From: a virus
Lineage: Duplodnaviria > Heunggongvirae > Uroviricota > Caudoviricetes
IMG/VR virus record: IMGVR_UViG_2703718817_000003
Strand: one strand, 5' to 3'
Length of the DNA stretch: 64,000 bases
Positions 47,891 to 57,734 of the stretch are shown one piece after another. The notes below the pieces were generated by a model, which saw nothing but the letters and a program-made list of their open reading frames with translations, made no database searches and was not told the DNA's origin. Both the position numbers and the translations under genes were made by a program. Positions within the stretch are counted from its first letter, which is position 1; each line of letters starts with the position of its first letter.

Positions 47891-48697
47891 TTGAGGACGC
47901 TTATGGGCCGTTTTGATGAATGGCTTGCTGATGATGCAAGCCTGATGAGAAAGGGAACAGAACATGACAGCACGCAGAGAGAAGAGACAACGACGGTTGA
48001 AGCGAATGAAGGAAGCACAACGGAAAATGGGAAGGTCAGTACAGGGCCATTCAGTATTCTGGAAGAACGCGCTGCCACCGAAGCAGATAGCCGCCATGAT
48101 AATTGGTCTGATAATGCTGGTGACTCTGTTACGGAAGTGATTGAACCTGACATCGCTCCCCTACCGGCATCGCTCGCTAACAGAGAACCAAACCAGCAGC
48201 TTAAAACCCGATATAACGGACACAAAGCGTTCAACGACCAGATCCGCGCCGATTGGATGCTCATTATTGAATCAAGCCCTGACGCATTCGAGGCGCTTTT
48301 ATATCGCCCGGCTGATGGCACCTATGGCGTCGTAAACGATGAAACAGGTGAAGAGTCATTCACGCAACTGGACAACAACCAGCGTGAGCTTACCTATCTG
48401 GAACCGGAAATCGTATACGTCCTGGACAACCCGGACGGAAGGGATTCGTTTCATGCCATTGATGCCGATGGAGAACAGGATGGTCTTGCTGATGAAGTGC
48501 TAATCCTGCGTATTGCTGCAAACAACGTACCTGTTGGTTCAATCCTGGAATGGAACGAAGAAATGGCGAATGGCCTCGCCCGCCGCTGGTGGTACGTGCA
48601 CCGAATCTTCAGCTACGGAACACAACACGTCGGCTCCCTTTATTACTGCATCCCGGCCAGGAACTTTGATACCACTCAAAACGGAGTGATCGAATGA
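47891..48697 (+). CDS. hypothetical protein (probable virion/baseplate operon member)
   Basis: 268 aa; first gene of a coupled plus-strand block ending in the gpV-like spike gene. Confidence 0.5.
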   Translation: MRTLMGRFDEWLADDASLMRKGTEHDSTQREETTTVEANEGSTTENGKVSTGPFSILEERAATEADSRHDNWSDNAGDSVTEVIEPDIAPLPASLANREPNQQLKTRYNGHKAFNDQIRADWMLIIESSPDAFEALLYRPADGTYGVVNDETGEESFTQLDNNQRELTYLEPEIVYVLDNPDGRDSFHAIDADGEQDGLADEVLILRIAANNVPVGSILEWNEEMANGLARRWWYVHRIFSYGTQHVGSLYYCIPARNFDTTQNGVIE

Positions 48698-49461
48698 CAT
48701 CCAACAAAACTCTCCTGTCCCGCATTGGCGAGTGGCAGACAACGCGTACTGGAAAATTCCAGACAACTGGTCTGGAAAGAGTGGATAACGCTTTTGCTAC
48801 GCTAATCAGCGACATTTTTTCTGACGTAACGCTGGTGGAACCAGCAAAAGAAGAAAGGCGCTTTGCATCATTCCTGAGTCGCCCACCAGCGGAGCGTGTT
48901 TATGTTGCCCGTTTTGATAACGCGGTCGAGTTCCTTAAATCGGTTCGCCGTGCTAATGCCGGGCAAGGGAGAAAGCCAGAGAATCCGAACATTAATCGCG
49001 ATGCGCTCCCTCTGATTAATATCTCGCGCTCAATGGATATCAGCTATATCAACAATGACCAGCAGATAGACCGCAAAAGCTGTGATCACTTCTGCGAACC
49101 TGGCAGCGGTATGCCTTTAGTAGCCCTGGAATACACCCAGGCAAATCTGACGTATGACGTTACGTTAATGGCGACGGATAAGGCGACCATGAGTCTGATG
49201 TGTAATTCGCTAGGAGCACGTCTTCGCTTGATGGCAGGAACGCAGTTTGAAGCAACAACCCCGCTGGTACGAGTACCCGTCCCGCTAATTTGCGCGATTC
49301 AGGATGCTAAAGACATCAGTTTTACTGATGTTTCAGCCCCAATTGGGGAAGAGCGTATTTATGCTGCACAAACGGCAATTAGTGTTATAGCAGACGTGAT
49401 CACCGCCTGGGAGCTGGACGCGAAACGAATTATTACTGAAACCTCTCTGAGAATGGGGTAA
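48694..49461 (+). CDS. hypothetical protein (baseplate operon)
   Basis: 255 aa; 4-nt overlap with upstream gene. Confidence 0.5.
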   Translation: MTSNKTLLSRIGEWQTTRTGKFQTTGLERVDNAFATLISDIFSDVTLVEPAKEERRFASFLSRPPAERVYVARFDNAVEFLKSVRRANAGQGRKPENPNINRDALPLINISRSMDISYINNDQQIDRKSCDHFCEPGSGMPLVALEYTQANLTYDVTLMATDKATMSLMCNSLGARLRLMAGTQFEATTPLVRVPVPLICAIQDAKDISFTDVSAPIGEERIYAAQTAISVIADVITAWELDAKRIITETSLRMG

Positions 49462-49464
49462 GCC

Positions 49465-50445
49465 ATGTCCCAGGAGCTACAGCAATACTTTCTACAGTCC
49501 GTTACCATCAACGGAAACAAAGTACCCAGGGAGTGGATATTCACTGCCGTATATGTGGAAAAGGCAAACCTGCGTGCACCATTGCTGAAACTGGAAATTC
49601 ACGACATTACCGGCACCATAATTGATGACTGGAAAACAAAATACGGCGCAGCACTGGTTGCAGAGATGGGAGATCCACAAGGCAATTCAGGCACGTTTAA
49701 AACAACTTTTTTCGTAACATCTGCGGTGCTGGCTGGTGATGTCATCACGGTCATTGCAGTCAGTGAAGACGTTCGGATATTTAAGATCCCCGCTATACGG
49801 GCTAACCTGCATACAAATAAAACGCCTGATACCATTTTCAAGACGTATACCGGTACACTGAAAATCGCCTCCAGCGCATTGAAACGAAGCTGTACGTACC
49901 ATCTTTCCGCCGGGGAAAAACCCTCCAAAATGCTATCTGAAATGGCCCGCGACAAAGGCGCTTTATGCTGGGCCTGCCGTGGTCAGTTTAACTTTTATAC
50001 ATTAGCTGACCTTATGAAAGCCAAACCATCATTCACCTATGAAGGGAACAACCCCAGGGCGGAATACACGATTTCAAAAATGAGGCTTATACAGCAAGAG
50101 TATGCCGTTACGGCAAATACTCAGTATCGATTTACCGGCTATTCAATGACTGAAGGCTATGTCGAATATGGCGATAGCTCACTTCCAATACGCTATATAT
50201 CCGATCCGGATATGGAAACTCTGCGCAATATGCAATTGTCGCTCGTACCCAAAATGGATATTGAGGTCGCGGGTAATCCCGACATCACGCCGGGAATGGT
50301 TATTGAGATCCTCGTGTATCGTTACGACCAGGAAAATAAGCTGGACGAATCGTTGCCTCGTAAGCTGTTGGTGAAAAACGTAGCCCATTTTGAGGACCGG
50401 ATCGGATATACAACACGAATGATATTAGGAGTACCCAACCAGTGA
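49465..50445 (+). CDS. putative tail/baseplate protein (gpD-like position)
   Basis: 326 aa; immediately upstream of and overlapping the gpV-like spike gene. Confidence 0.45.
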   Translation: MSQELQQYFLQSVTINGNKVPREWIFTAVYVEKANLRAPLLKLEIHDITGTIIDDWKTKYGAALVAEMGDPQGNSGTFKTTFFVTSAVLAGDVITVIAVSEDVRIFKIPAIRANLHTNKTPDTIFKTYTGTLKIASSALKRSCTYHLSAGEKPSKMLSEMARDKGALCWACRGQFNFYTLADLMKAKPSFTYEGNNPRAEYTISKMRLIQQEYAVTANTQYRFTGYSMTEGYVEYGDSSLPIRYISDPDMETLRNMQLSLVPKMDIEVAGNPDITPGMVIEILVYRYDQENKLDESLPRKLLVKNVAHFEDRIGYTTRMILGVPNQ

Positions 50446-51119
50446 AACGCAGAGCGCAAATCGTAGGGACCAAACACCCTGCCGGACTTATGCGAGCGCA
50501 GGTCCGCATACTGCCTGACTGGAACGGTGTACCGGATGAAGACCTCCCATGGGCAGAGTATCAAATGCCTATCGGTAACGCCTTTACACCTACAGTCAGC
50601 GGCGATTTAGTCTGGGTAGAATTTCCTTATCTGGATGCTAAAGGCAGGATAGACACGCGCCGACCTTTAATCGTTGGTGCGGCGCAGGATGCCCCAGGAG
50701 GCGTACCAAATGTGCCTCCGGAAGCCTCCGGACAAGGAAGTGGATGGTCGCCAGAAGAAGTTGATGGTGCTCCTGCCCGCCCCCAGTTTTCGGCGACTGA
50801 AGATTTTGTTATTCACCGAAACAATATCCTTGAGGTCAGAACGGCTGGCGGTGGCTATGAAATAGCAAACACCGCCGCAGGATCAAGGATAGGGATGAAC
50901 GAATCCGGCCAGATTTACATAATCGGCCCGGCGAATATAGTGCTTAATGCTGGAGGTGAGGTTAACGTCAAATCAAGCAGCAAAACCAATGTATCCTCTG
51001 ATGGAGACGTTAATGTAAAAGGCAGCAATGTAACCGTCGCCGCTGATGGTGATATAGCCCTGAAAGCTGGTGGCGCGCTAAAAGCAACAGCGAGCAATTT
51101 CTCCTTTGTGAAGGGATAG
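50442..51119 (+). CDS. Baseplate spike protein, gpV / Mu gp45-like (OB-fold plus beta-helix)
   Basis: 225 aa; N-terminal GLMRAQVRILPDWNGVPDEDLPWAEYQMPIGN...GDLVWVEF; C-terminal repeats NVKSSSKTNVSSDGDVNVKGSNVTVAADGDIALKAGG. Confidence 0.6.
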   Translation: MKRRAQIVGTKHPAGLMRAQVRILPDWNGVPDEDLPWAEYQMPIGNAFTPTVSGDLVWVEFPYLDAKGRIDTRRPLIVGAAQDAPGGVPNVPPEASGQGSGWSPEEVDGAPARPQFSATEDFVIHRNNILEVRTAGGGYEIANTAAGSRIGMNESGQIYIIGPANIVLNAGGEVNVKSSSKTNVSSDGDVNVKGSNVTVAADGDIALKAGGALKATASNFSFVKG

Positions 51120-51133
51120 CAAAATGCAAAACT

Positions 51134-51165
51134 GTGTTAGATAATTGAGTTTTATTTTCTAACAC
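51134..51165. promoter_or_regulatory. Inverted pair of operator-like motifs (GTGTTAGATAATTGA ... TTATTTTCTAACAC)
   Basis: Directly upstream of the rdgC-like start. Confidence 0.5.
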
Positions 51166-51178
51166 AGTTTTGCGAAAC

Positions 51179-52084
51179 ATGAGATTAGTCGCCTTTAAAA
51201 ACATATACGTCTATCGCCTTGCCCGCGAAATTAAACTGGACTCAACCACCGTTAGTGATGCCTTAAGCCAATTCACATTCACTCCATGCGCATCACAAGA
51301 AATGGCAAAAGTCGGATGGGTGCCGGTTCTGGCTGACAACCTGATCCATGAATACCACGGTTTTCTACTTCTCCAGCAACAGCGAGAAATTAAGCTCCTG
51401 CCCTCTCATGTCATTAAGGAGGAAGTGCAGAAAAAAGTGGAAAAGCTCGAAAATGAGCAATCTCGTAAGCTGAAGAAGTCGGAAAAAAACACCCTGAAGG
51501 ATGAAGTTCTCCACTCTTTGTTGCCTCGCGCATTCACTCGCAAATCATTGTCGCGAATCCTTATTGATCGCGACAACTATCTGGTCTTCGTAGAAGCTTC
51601 CAGCGCCAGAAAAGCAGAAGAAATGCTGGCGCTCTTACGTAAATCACTTGGCAGCCTGCCAGTGATTCCATTCACGCCGATAGAACCGCTCGAAATGACT
51701 ATGACCGAATGGTTCAAGTCAACATTTCCTCAAGGCTTTAAAGCAGGCGAAGAAGCCATATTGAAATCGCTGTTCGATGACGGCGGCGCAGTTCGTTGCA
51801 AGAAAGTAGACCTACAGTCAGAGGAAATAATGACTCATATTGAAGCCGGAAAAGTTGCAACAACAGTTGCAATCAACTGGCAGGACCGCGCGACCTTCAG
51901 GTTAAACGATGATATGAGCATCAAAGCACTGACGTTTTGCGATGATCTCTATGACCAGAACGATGACATCGACCGTGAAGATGTTGCCCAGCGATTTGAT
52001 GCTGACTTCATTCTGTTCACAAGCGAATTATCCGCGATGTTTAGCTCGCTGGTGGAGGCCATTGGCGGTGAAGCAGAGCATTAA
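51179..52084 (+). CDS. rdgC: RdgC-like recombination-associated protein
   Basis: Colinear with E. coli RdgC as recalled (FKNIYVYRL, LKDEVLHSLLPRAF, LALLRKSLGSLPV, IEAGKV, DQNDDIDREDVAQRFDADFIL); ATG 51179 preferred over TTG 51170. Confidence 0.8.
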   Translation: MRLVAFKNIYVYRLAREIKLDSTTVSDALSQFTFTPCASQEMAKVGWVPVLADNLIHEYHGFLLLQQQREIKLLPSHVIKEEVQKKVEKLENEQSRKLKKSEKNTLKDEVLHSLLPRAFTRKSLSRILIDRDNYLVFVEASSARKAEEMLALLRKSLGSLPVIPFTPIEPLEMTMTEWFKSTFPQGFKAGEEAILKSLFDDGGAVRCKKVDLQSEEIMTHIEAGKVATTVAINWQDRATFRLNDDMSIKALTFCDDLYDQNDDIDREDVAQRFDADFILFTSELSAMFSSLVEAIGGEAEH

Positions 52085-52100
52085 TAACCGACCGCTGGCG

Positions 52101-52748
52101 GTGAGTCTTTGTGATTATACAGGGAATATGGTTTCCCCCTGGCTGGAACACGGCATTGATGCAGTCATTGTCGATCCGCAACACCAGGAGTCCGGCAGCC
52201 AATTGATGGAGTCAGGTGCTGTACTCACACGTATCAGCGCAATTATTGACAGTGATGAGGTCTACAATTTCCTTCGGAAAAATTTGCACAGAGTTGTATT
52301 TTTAGCCGGTTTCCCTCCATGTACTGACCTGGCTGTATCTGGCGCACGCTGGTTCGCAGATAAAGCGAAAAAAGATCCGGTTTTCCAGTTCAAAGCAATG
52401 CAGGTTGTCTGGCAGTGTTACGACATTGCAAAGATGATTGGTTGCCCGTACATGATTGAAAACCCGGTCAGCCAAATATCGACATTCTGGCGTAAACCTG
52501 ATCACATATTCCATCCTTATCACTTCACTGCATATTGCAAGGAAGACAATTACACCAAAAAAACATGCCTGTGGAGCGGACAAGGATTCATCATGCCAAC
52601 TCCGCGAATCGACGAGTCGTTAGGTGATCCAGACAACCGAATACACAAGGCACCGCCAGGACCTGAAAGAGCGAATTTTCGTAGCGCAACACCTTACGGT
52701 TTTGCAAGAGCTGTATTTGAAGCAAATAAGGAGGGAATCCGTGGCTGA
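52101..52748 (+). CDS. Short DNA (cytosine-5)-methyltransferase-like protein
   Basis: Motif IV-like GFPPC...SGA and motif VI-like YMIENPV; shorter than typical C5-MTases; GTG start inferred. Confidence 0.45.
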   Translation: MSLCDYTGNMVSPWLEHGIDAVIVDPQHQESGSQLMESGAVLTRISAIIDSDEVYNFLRKNLHRVVFLAGFPPCTDLAVSGARWFADKAKKDPVFQFKAMQVVWQCYDIAKMIGCPYMIENPVSQISTFWRKPDHIFHPYHFTAYCKEDNYTKKTCLWSGQGFIMPTPRIDESLGDPDNRIHKAPPGPERANFRSATPYGFARAVFEANKEGIRG

Positions 52749-52815
52749 TATTGGTGCTAAATTTATTTCTTATAGCGACAATCATCGTCCTGCGGCGGAA
52801 GCCACTATCAACCAT

Positions 52816-53658
52816 ATGCGACGTATTCGCTCGGAGGACGAATTTGATCGCCCCGTCTTTAAGTGGGTCGGCGGCAAATTTTCTGCACTGCCCATTATCT
52901 TCGAACACCTGCCCCACGGAAAACGGTTGATAGAACCTTTCGTTGGAGGTGGCGCTGTTTTCACTAATGCCGGATTTAAAAGCAACCTGCTGAACGATAT
53001 CAATAATGACCTGATTAACTTCTATCAGACATTGCAGCGTGAAGGGCATTCTCTTATCACACTGGCATATCGTTTTTTTCAGGATTACAACTCTGCTGAT
53101 GCATTTTTGAATGTTCGCAATGCATTCAACAATGGTGCTTATGATTCTCTTCACCATGCGGCGGCGTTCCTGTATCTCAATCGTCATTGTTTTAATGGCG
53201 TCACTCGCTATAACCGTAAAGGAGAGTTCAACGTCGGATATGGAAAGCAGAAATCTCCCTACTTCCCTCTCGCGGAAATGGAGGCGTTCCTGGATGACGA
53301 TATTTCAAAGTATTCGGAGTTTGTGTCCGGCGATTTTGCTGGTGTAATTGAGGCTGCCGGGAATGATGATGTGATTTTCTGCGATCCCCCCTATGAACCA
53401 TTGCCTGACACTACCGGATTTACAAATTACTCAGGGCATAGCTTTAGGTTTGAAGATCAACAACGGCTGGTGTCACTGCTGGTGGATGCCCACAGACGCG
53501 GAGCGAAAATTGTGATAACAAACAGTGGTGCGCCTAACATTCGCGAACTTTACGTTGGCAATGGCTTCAAGGTGTATCCTATGCCATCCCGTCGCTCTGT
53601 ATCCTGTAAAGCATCAACGCGAATGATAGCTAACGACATTATAGCCACGCTTAATTAA
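52816..53658 (+). CDS. dam: Dam-family DNA adenine (N6) methyltransferase
   Basis: FKWVGGK, EPFVGGGAV, NDINNDLINFY and catalytic DPPY; alternative in-frame GTG start at 52741. Confidence 0.8.
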   Translation: MRRIRSEDEFDRPVFKWVGGKFSALPIIFEHLPHGKRLIEPFVGGGAVFTNAGFKSNLLNDINNDLINFYQTLQREGHSLITLAYRFFQDYNSADAFLNVRNAFNNGAYDSLHHAAAFLYLNRHCFNGVTRYNRKGEFNVGYGKQKSPYFPLAEMEAFLDDDISKYSEFVSGDFAGVIEAAGNDDVIFCDPPYEPLPDTTGFTNYSGHSFRFEDQQRLVSLLVDAHRRGAKIVITNSGAPNIRELYVGNGFKVYPMPSRRSVSCKASTRMIANDIIATLN

Positions 53659-53660
53659 GA

Positions 53661-53683
53661 AAAGCCCCATATGGGGCTTTTAT
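53661..53683. terminator. Bidirectional terminator
   Basis: AAAAGCCCCAT-ATGGGGCTTTTAT perfect palindrome. Confidence 0.6.
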
Positions 53684-53793
53684 AACATCAAACAAGCACC
53701 GTTACGGTACACTAATAACACCATTCTGGTACTAAAAAGGAACCAAAGCAGCCTCAAAATAACACATGGAACCAAAACGGTGTTATTCCGGCG

Positions 53794-54081
53794 TCATTTT
53801 GTATCCTCAGACTCTGCAAGCATGAGGATAGCATGGCGGATCATATTCAATTTGCTGCGATTATGCTTTTTGCTTAACGCATCAAGTACCTGGTACTCGT
53901 ATTCATTGAAGCCAACACGAATGGATTTAAAATCACGTGGGGCGTCCTTATCGAGCACTTTGTTGTCTTCTGGTTGCTCACCCGGCACCAAATCAGCTTT
54001 GCTGGCAAAAGCCTCAATTCGGCGTTCAAGATCGAGGTCTTTTACTTCGGGGGCTTTTACCGATTTACGAGGCTTAATCAC
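53794..54081 (-). CDS. ParG-like ribbon-helix-helix centromere-binding protein (type Ib partition)
   Basis: 95 aa; C-terminal RHH-like FKSIRVGFNEYEYQVLDALSKKHNRSKLNMIRHAIL; follows a small ParA-type ATPase gene. Confidence 0.55.
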   Translation of the reverse strand: MIKPRKSVKAPEVKDLDLERRIEAFASKADLVPGEQPEDNKVLDKDAPRDFKSIRVGFNEYEYQVLDALSKKHNRSKLNMIRHAILMLAESEDTK

Positions 54082-54715
54082 TTAATAACTCCTTAACCAA
54101 CATCTGGATTTCACCTTTAGCTTTCCCGTTGTCCATCTCAACAACGCCCTTCCCTTCAGCCATACAATCGCGGTAAACCTTGCGATCGCGAATGATGGTT
54201 TTCAGCAACTTCAGTTGCGGATATTCAGCAAGGTACTCTTTGGCCTCATTGGCTTCATTCACAACCGGATTGGATGGGGCCATTGTTAAGACTGCGCACG
54301 CCTTAATGCTAGGATTAGGCATCAGATCCAAAGCCTCTTCAAAGACTTCAACAAAATGCGCCAGCGTGTCTAAATCTGGCTGAGATGGCCTGAATGGAAC
54401 AAGCAAAACATCCGCCGCAGTAATACCGGTGCGCATCTCTTTGCTATCACGACCAGCGGTATCAACAACCACAAATTCATAACGCTTGTCCAGATCAAGA
54501 AGTGTTTCACGAATATTCCCAAACTTCTGGACGCAATGAATTACTGGAGAAACCTCTGCCGCATTACGGTCCGATGCCCAACGGGCAGATGTTCCTTGCT
54601 TATCTGCATCAAGTAGAACTACGTCCTTATTTGCGCGGGCAAGCTCCGCACAAATGTTTACGCTGGTGGTTGATTTGCCACAGCCACCTTTTTGGCTGGC
54701 TACCAATATAATCAT
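54074..54715 (-). CDS. parA: ParA/ParF-type partition ATPase
   Basis: 213 aa; deviant Walker A SQKGGCGKSTTS; Walker B VVVDTAG. Confidence 0.85.
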   Translation of the reverse strand: MIILVASQKGGCGKSTTSVNICAELARANKDVVLLDADKQGTSARWASDRNAAEVSPVIHCVQKFGNIRETLLDLDKRYEFVVVDTAGRDSKEMRTGITAADVLLVPFRPSQPDLDTLAHFVEVFEEALDLMPNPSIKACAVLTMAPSNPVVNEANEAKEYLAEYPQLKLLKTIIRDRKVYRDCMAEGKGVVEMDNGKAKGEIQMLVKELLSD

Positions 54716-55000
54716 ATCCGTTCCTCGGTGTTATTTTGGTATCAAAATGGTTCCAAACAGAAGCCTTATTGATGCGGTTTTGGCTCTATAGTGGAGTCAC
54801 TATGCTTTGCAAAAGTATAACACTAAACACTCTAAATTTGCCCTCTGTTGCATCCTGTTTAACACGAAATCAGCCTCAAAGTGGAACCAGACACAAAACA
54901 GCACCATAACAACACCGTTTTGGTACTAAAAGAACACCAAATTAGAACCATAACAGTATAAAAAAGGCTGCAAATTGCAGCCTTTGAAGATGTAGATTTG
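54716..55000. repeat. Repeat-rich centromere/operator-like region upstream of parA
   Basis: Repeated GGTACTAAAA, GGAACCA/TGGTTCC and AACACC motifs (54726-54757, 54871-54938); related repeats recur downstream of the parG-like gene at 53720-53790. Confidence 0.4.
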
Positions 55001-55366
55001 TTAATCAGGGAGTGAGTTTGCCAAATTCTGTGCAGAGCGGCTTTTCGAAACGCCAGGTTTTTTAACATCCGCTGAGGCAGAGGGGTTTCCTTCAGGGTTT
55101 TCCCGAACTTCAGGCGAAATTTCAAGAAATGAAACCAGCATTTTTCTGATCACTTCAGGGCTATTATCACCGGATAAAAGCGATGCCAACATGGGAGGTA
55201 ATCTGCTATCAACCTCGCCAAGAGCGATACCTGCAAGCATCGCTGTGCGCGCCATATCATTGCGATCTCTTAATGGATGGCCCTCAAGTTTTGCATCAGC
55301 ATATTGCTCACTGGCGTTAAGACCAGGACGAAGATAAAACAATACTTTTCGACGTTCCTGAGACAT
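55001..55366 (-). CDS. parR: ParR-like centromere-binding adaptor (type II partition)
   Basis: 121 aa ORF immediately downstream of the ParM-like gene. Confidence 0.5.
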   Translation of the reverse strand: MSQERRKVLFYLRPGLNASEQYADAKLEGHPLRDRNDMARTAMLAGIALGEVDSRLPPMLASLLSGDNSPEVIRKMLVSFLEISPEVRENPEGNPSASADVKKPGVSKSRSAQNLANSLPD

Positions 55367-55376
55367 GGCAACCTCA

Positions 55377-56336
55377 TCAACCGATAGATTTTAGACCATA
55401 GACAAGAGCAAGTTGTGGATCATCAGCAACGAAAAACCTATCGTCACGAATGTTTACCTGCTCACGGATAGCATCAGCAACAAGCGGCGCGCCGCCACCA
55501 ATGACCATAACATGCGTGTATCCTTTGAAATCACTGATCACATCCAGTACGCGTGTACGGAGTCGTTCTATGCTTGACGAAATGGCTTTCTTAACATCAT
55601 CAATAGCAGACGGATCGTTAATATTGTCGGTCAAATAATCCTCATCATCACGATTAATGATTAATTGATCGACATTATAATTAGAGGTTTCGGTATTCGC
55701 TTTTGCAAGTGCCTGTCTGACCTCTTTAGTTACCAGCGAAACGCCGAGATTAGAATCGCCAAATACGCGAGAAACGGCGGTCATTTGCCCGGCGACCATC
55801 GACACATCCAGAGTAGTCCCACCAAGATCAACAATAAGCACAGAATGCGCTGGCACAAGGCTGTCGCACAGACCGATCCCTGCGGGTATTGACTCCGGGC
55901 GCACAGTCACTTTTTTGATAGTAAAAACCTGACCTTTGTTAAGGGTGACTGGTCGCATCAGGCTGGCCTTTTTCCGCTCAATATTTTTCATGTTGTATTG
56001 TGCGTCGTCGTCATAAAACTCTGCCAGTGGCAACGTGACAACTATTTCCACTTCTTGAGGCTCAATGCCACTTGTAAGCAGGGCATGATGAACAGCAAGC
56101 ACATTAAGCGGGCTGTATTGCCATTCAACGTTATTCGTCGGCAGCACATCCGGCGAGATCAAGTCATATGAATATTTTTCGTCATCAATGATGTAGTTAA
56201 ACGGCTTTCCTGCGCCAAATGTGGCGGACCATCCACGTTTAAAACTGTTCGGACAGATATGGGTTCGAGTTTCCCCGTCTTGTTCCCACAGCATTTTGAT
56301 ATTGGTAGAACCATCGTCGATAAAAATGCGCATCAT
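55377..56336 (-). CDS. parM: ParM/StbA-like actin-type segregation ATPase
   Basis: Start at ATG 56336 (MMRIFIDDGSTNIK...); actin-fold phosphate motifs (IFIDDGSTN, VLIVDLGGTTLD, VMVIGGGA). Confidence 0.75.
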   Translation of the reverse strand: MMRIFIDDGSTNIKMLWEQDGETRTHICPNSFKRGWSATFGAGKPFNYIIDDEKYSYDLISPDVLPTNNVEWQYSPLNVLAVHHALLTSGIEPQEVEIVVTLPLAEFYDDDAQYNMKNIERKKASLMRPVTLNKGQVFTIKKVTVRPESIPAGIGLCDSLVPAHSVLIVDLGGTTLDVSMVAGQMTAVSRVFGDSNLGVSLVTKEVRQALAKANTETSNYNVDQLIINRDDEDYLTDNINDPSAIDDVKKAISSSIERLRTRVLDVISDFKGYTHVMVIGGGAPLVADAIREQVNIRDDRFFVADDPQLALVYGLKSIG

Positions 56337-56393
56337 ATTGCTCCACTTCTGAGACACATTTGAGAAAGAATTGAATTTTATATGAGAAAACAA

Positions 56394-56585
56394 AATAAGA
56401 CCAGAAGTTAGATAGCGTAAAAAGCATCAAACTAGAGACGTAAAAGAGACACAAAAGAGACTTAGATGATACATGATGTACCCACGATACCCATTTGAGA
56501 CAAATCAGAGACAAATATGAGAAGTAAGAAATCTGAAGAGTGAAAATCACAAAGTGGAGAAGATTTAAGAAAAAGGAGGTGTTAG
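56394..56585. repeat. parC-like iteron array upstream of parM
   Basis: AGAGAC-containing units at roughly 11-bp spacing (tagagacgtaa aagagacacaa aagagacttag ... tttgagacaaa tcagagacaaa). Confidence 0.5.
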
Positions 56586-56870
56586 ATGAGTGCAATAGCG
56601 ACCAGTGACACAGTTTGTTCTGGTCATGGAGGATTCCCTCCGCGACCTGTAGCAGAAACAGTTTCCTGGTTTACCGTAAATGGAAAGCCAGTGGTTGTAG
56701 ATGGGGGAGCGTTCCCCAGCCATACAGACGGAAATAGCGCGCACCCCGGATCAGCCGTATCGACGCGCTCATGGTTTGCAATAGGCGGAAAAGGAGTTGT
56801 TTGTGTGGGAGATCCCCTTTCTTGTGGCTCAGTCATCGCCAATGGTGAGGCAATTTTTCAGGTGTCATAA
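56586..56870 (+). CDS. PAAR-like spike-tip protein
   Basis: 94 aa; Gly/His/Cys-rich with repeated motifs (GHGGFPP..., VVVDGG, HPGSAV, CVGDPLSCGS); strong AAGGAGG Shine-Dalgarno. Confidence 0.45.
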   Translation: MSAIATSDTVCSGHGGFPPRPVAETVSWFTVNGKPVVVDGGAFPSHTDGNSAHPGSAVSTRSWFAIGGKGVVCVGDPLSCGSVIANGEAIFQVS

Positions 56871-57664
56871 TGCTTGATTCAATCGCTGAAGTTAATGCAT
56901 TCAAAATTCTAAATGCATCAGGCACAACTACGCCTGCATCTATCACGCTAAGTAAAACAGCGTCATCCAATGCCAGTTCTCTGGAAGAGAATATCCAGGC
57001 TCTTATCCTGAAGGATAAAGCATACCCGGCGTCGGTGGTTTCATGGGTCAATCAGCTTTCTGTCTTTTCAGAACAACTGAAAACTGTCAGTGCAGAAGCA
57101 ACCAATTTAGCCGACTCGCTGTCTCCGTATACTTCGCCAACTGAATTACTTCAGATGAAAATTGGCTGGGAATGTTACGTCAAAGGTAATGAGTTATCTC
57201 CTGCGCCAGAATTTGCTCTCGTAACAGTTATGGGAGATACCCTGCATCCGCAATCGCTTATTGACGCGTTGGCTGCATTTGAACTGGTGCCAATCACTTC
57301 AGCCATGGCCGCTATAAATGCAAAAGTTCAGGCGTCAAGCGGGGAGGCTTCAGGCAACGGAAGTTCCACCGGAACAACACAGCAACCAGCACTAACAGAA
57401 GAAGAGATCAAAGCACTAAAAGACGCTGTGGAAGCAGCAACAGAACAAATAAATGCAATAAACAACACGAGCAGTAGTCTCTCAACACTTGCACAGCAAG
57501 TTAAGGACTCTACCGGAAAAGCCAAACAGGGACTGGAAAATGCTGTAGCTATTACGTTAACCGGTTCTCTACTGGGCGATGAAGTAATGAGTCCGGCAAT
57601 CAGTTTGATCATGCCACAAGGTGTAATCGATGCGCTCCAAAGCAACACTAAAAAGGAATCATAA
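56870..57664 (+). CDS. hypothetical protein
   Basis: 264 aa ORF, ATG overlaps upstream TAA. Confidence 0.5.
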   Translation: MLDSIAEVNAFKILNASGTTTPASITLSKTASSNASSLEENIQALILKDKAYPASVVSWVNQLSVFSEQLKTVSAEATNLADSLSPYTSPTELLQMKIGWECYVKGNELSPAPEFALVTVMGDTLHPQSLIDALAAFELVPITSAMAAINAKVQASSGEASGNGSSTGTTQQPALTEEEIKALKDAVEAATEQINAINNTSSSLSTLAQQVKDSTGKAKQGLENAVAITLTGSLLGDEVMSPAISLIMPQGVIDALQSNTKKES

Positions 57665-57734
57665 CCACACCATTTAAGCCCATAAATGGTTACAAATTGG
57701 TACACATATCACACCAACAAAAAATCTGAAGAGG

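Noticed and set aside
47761-48321. 186 aa minus-strand ORF
   Set aside because: Overlaps the start of the plus-strand 47891-48697 gene; serine-rich low complexity; no start context.
56394-56585. Possible CRISPR array (short spaced repeats)
   Set aside because: The repeats are 6-bp cores at about 11-bp spacing with no spacer-sized unique segments and no cas genes; they lie where a parC centromere would.
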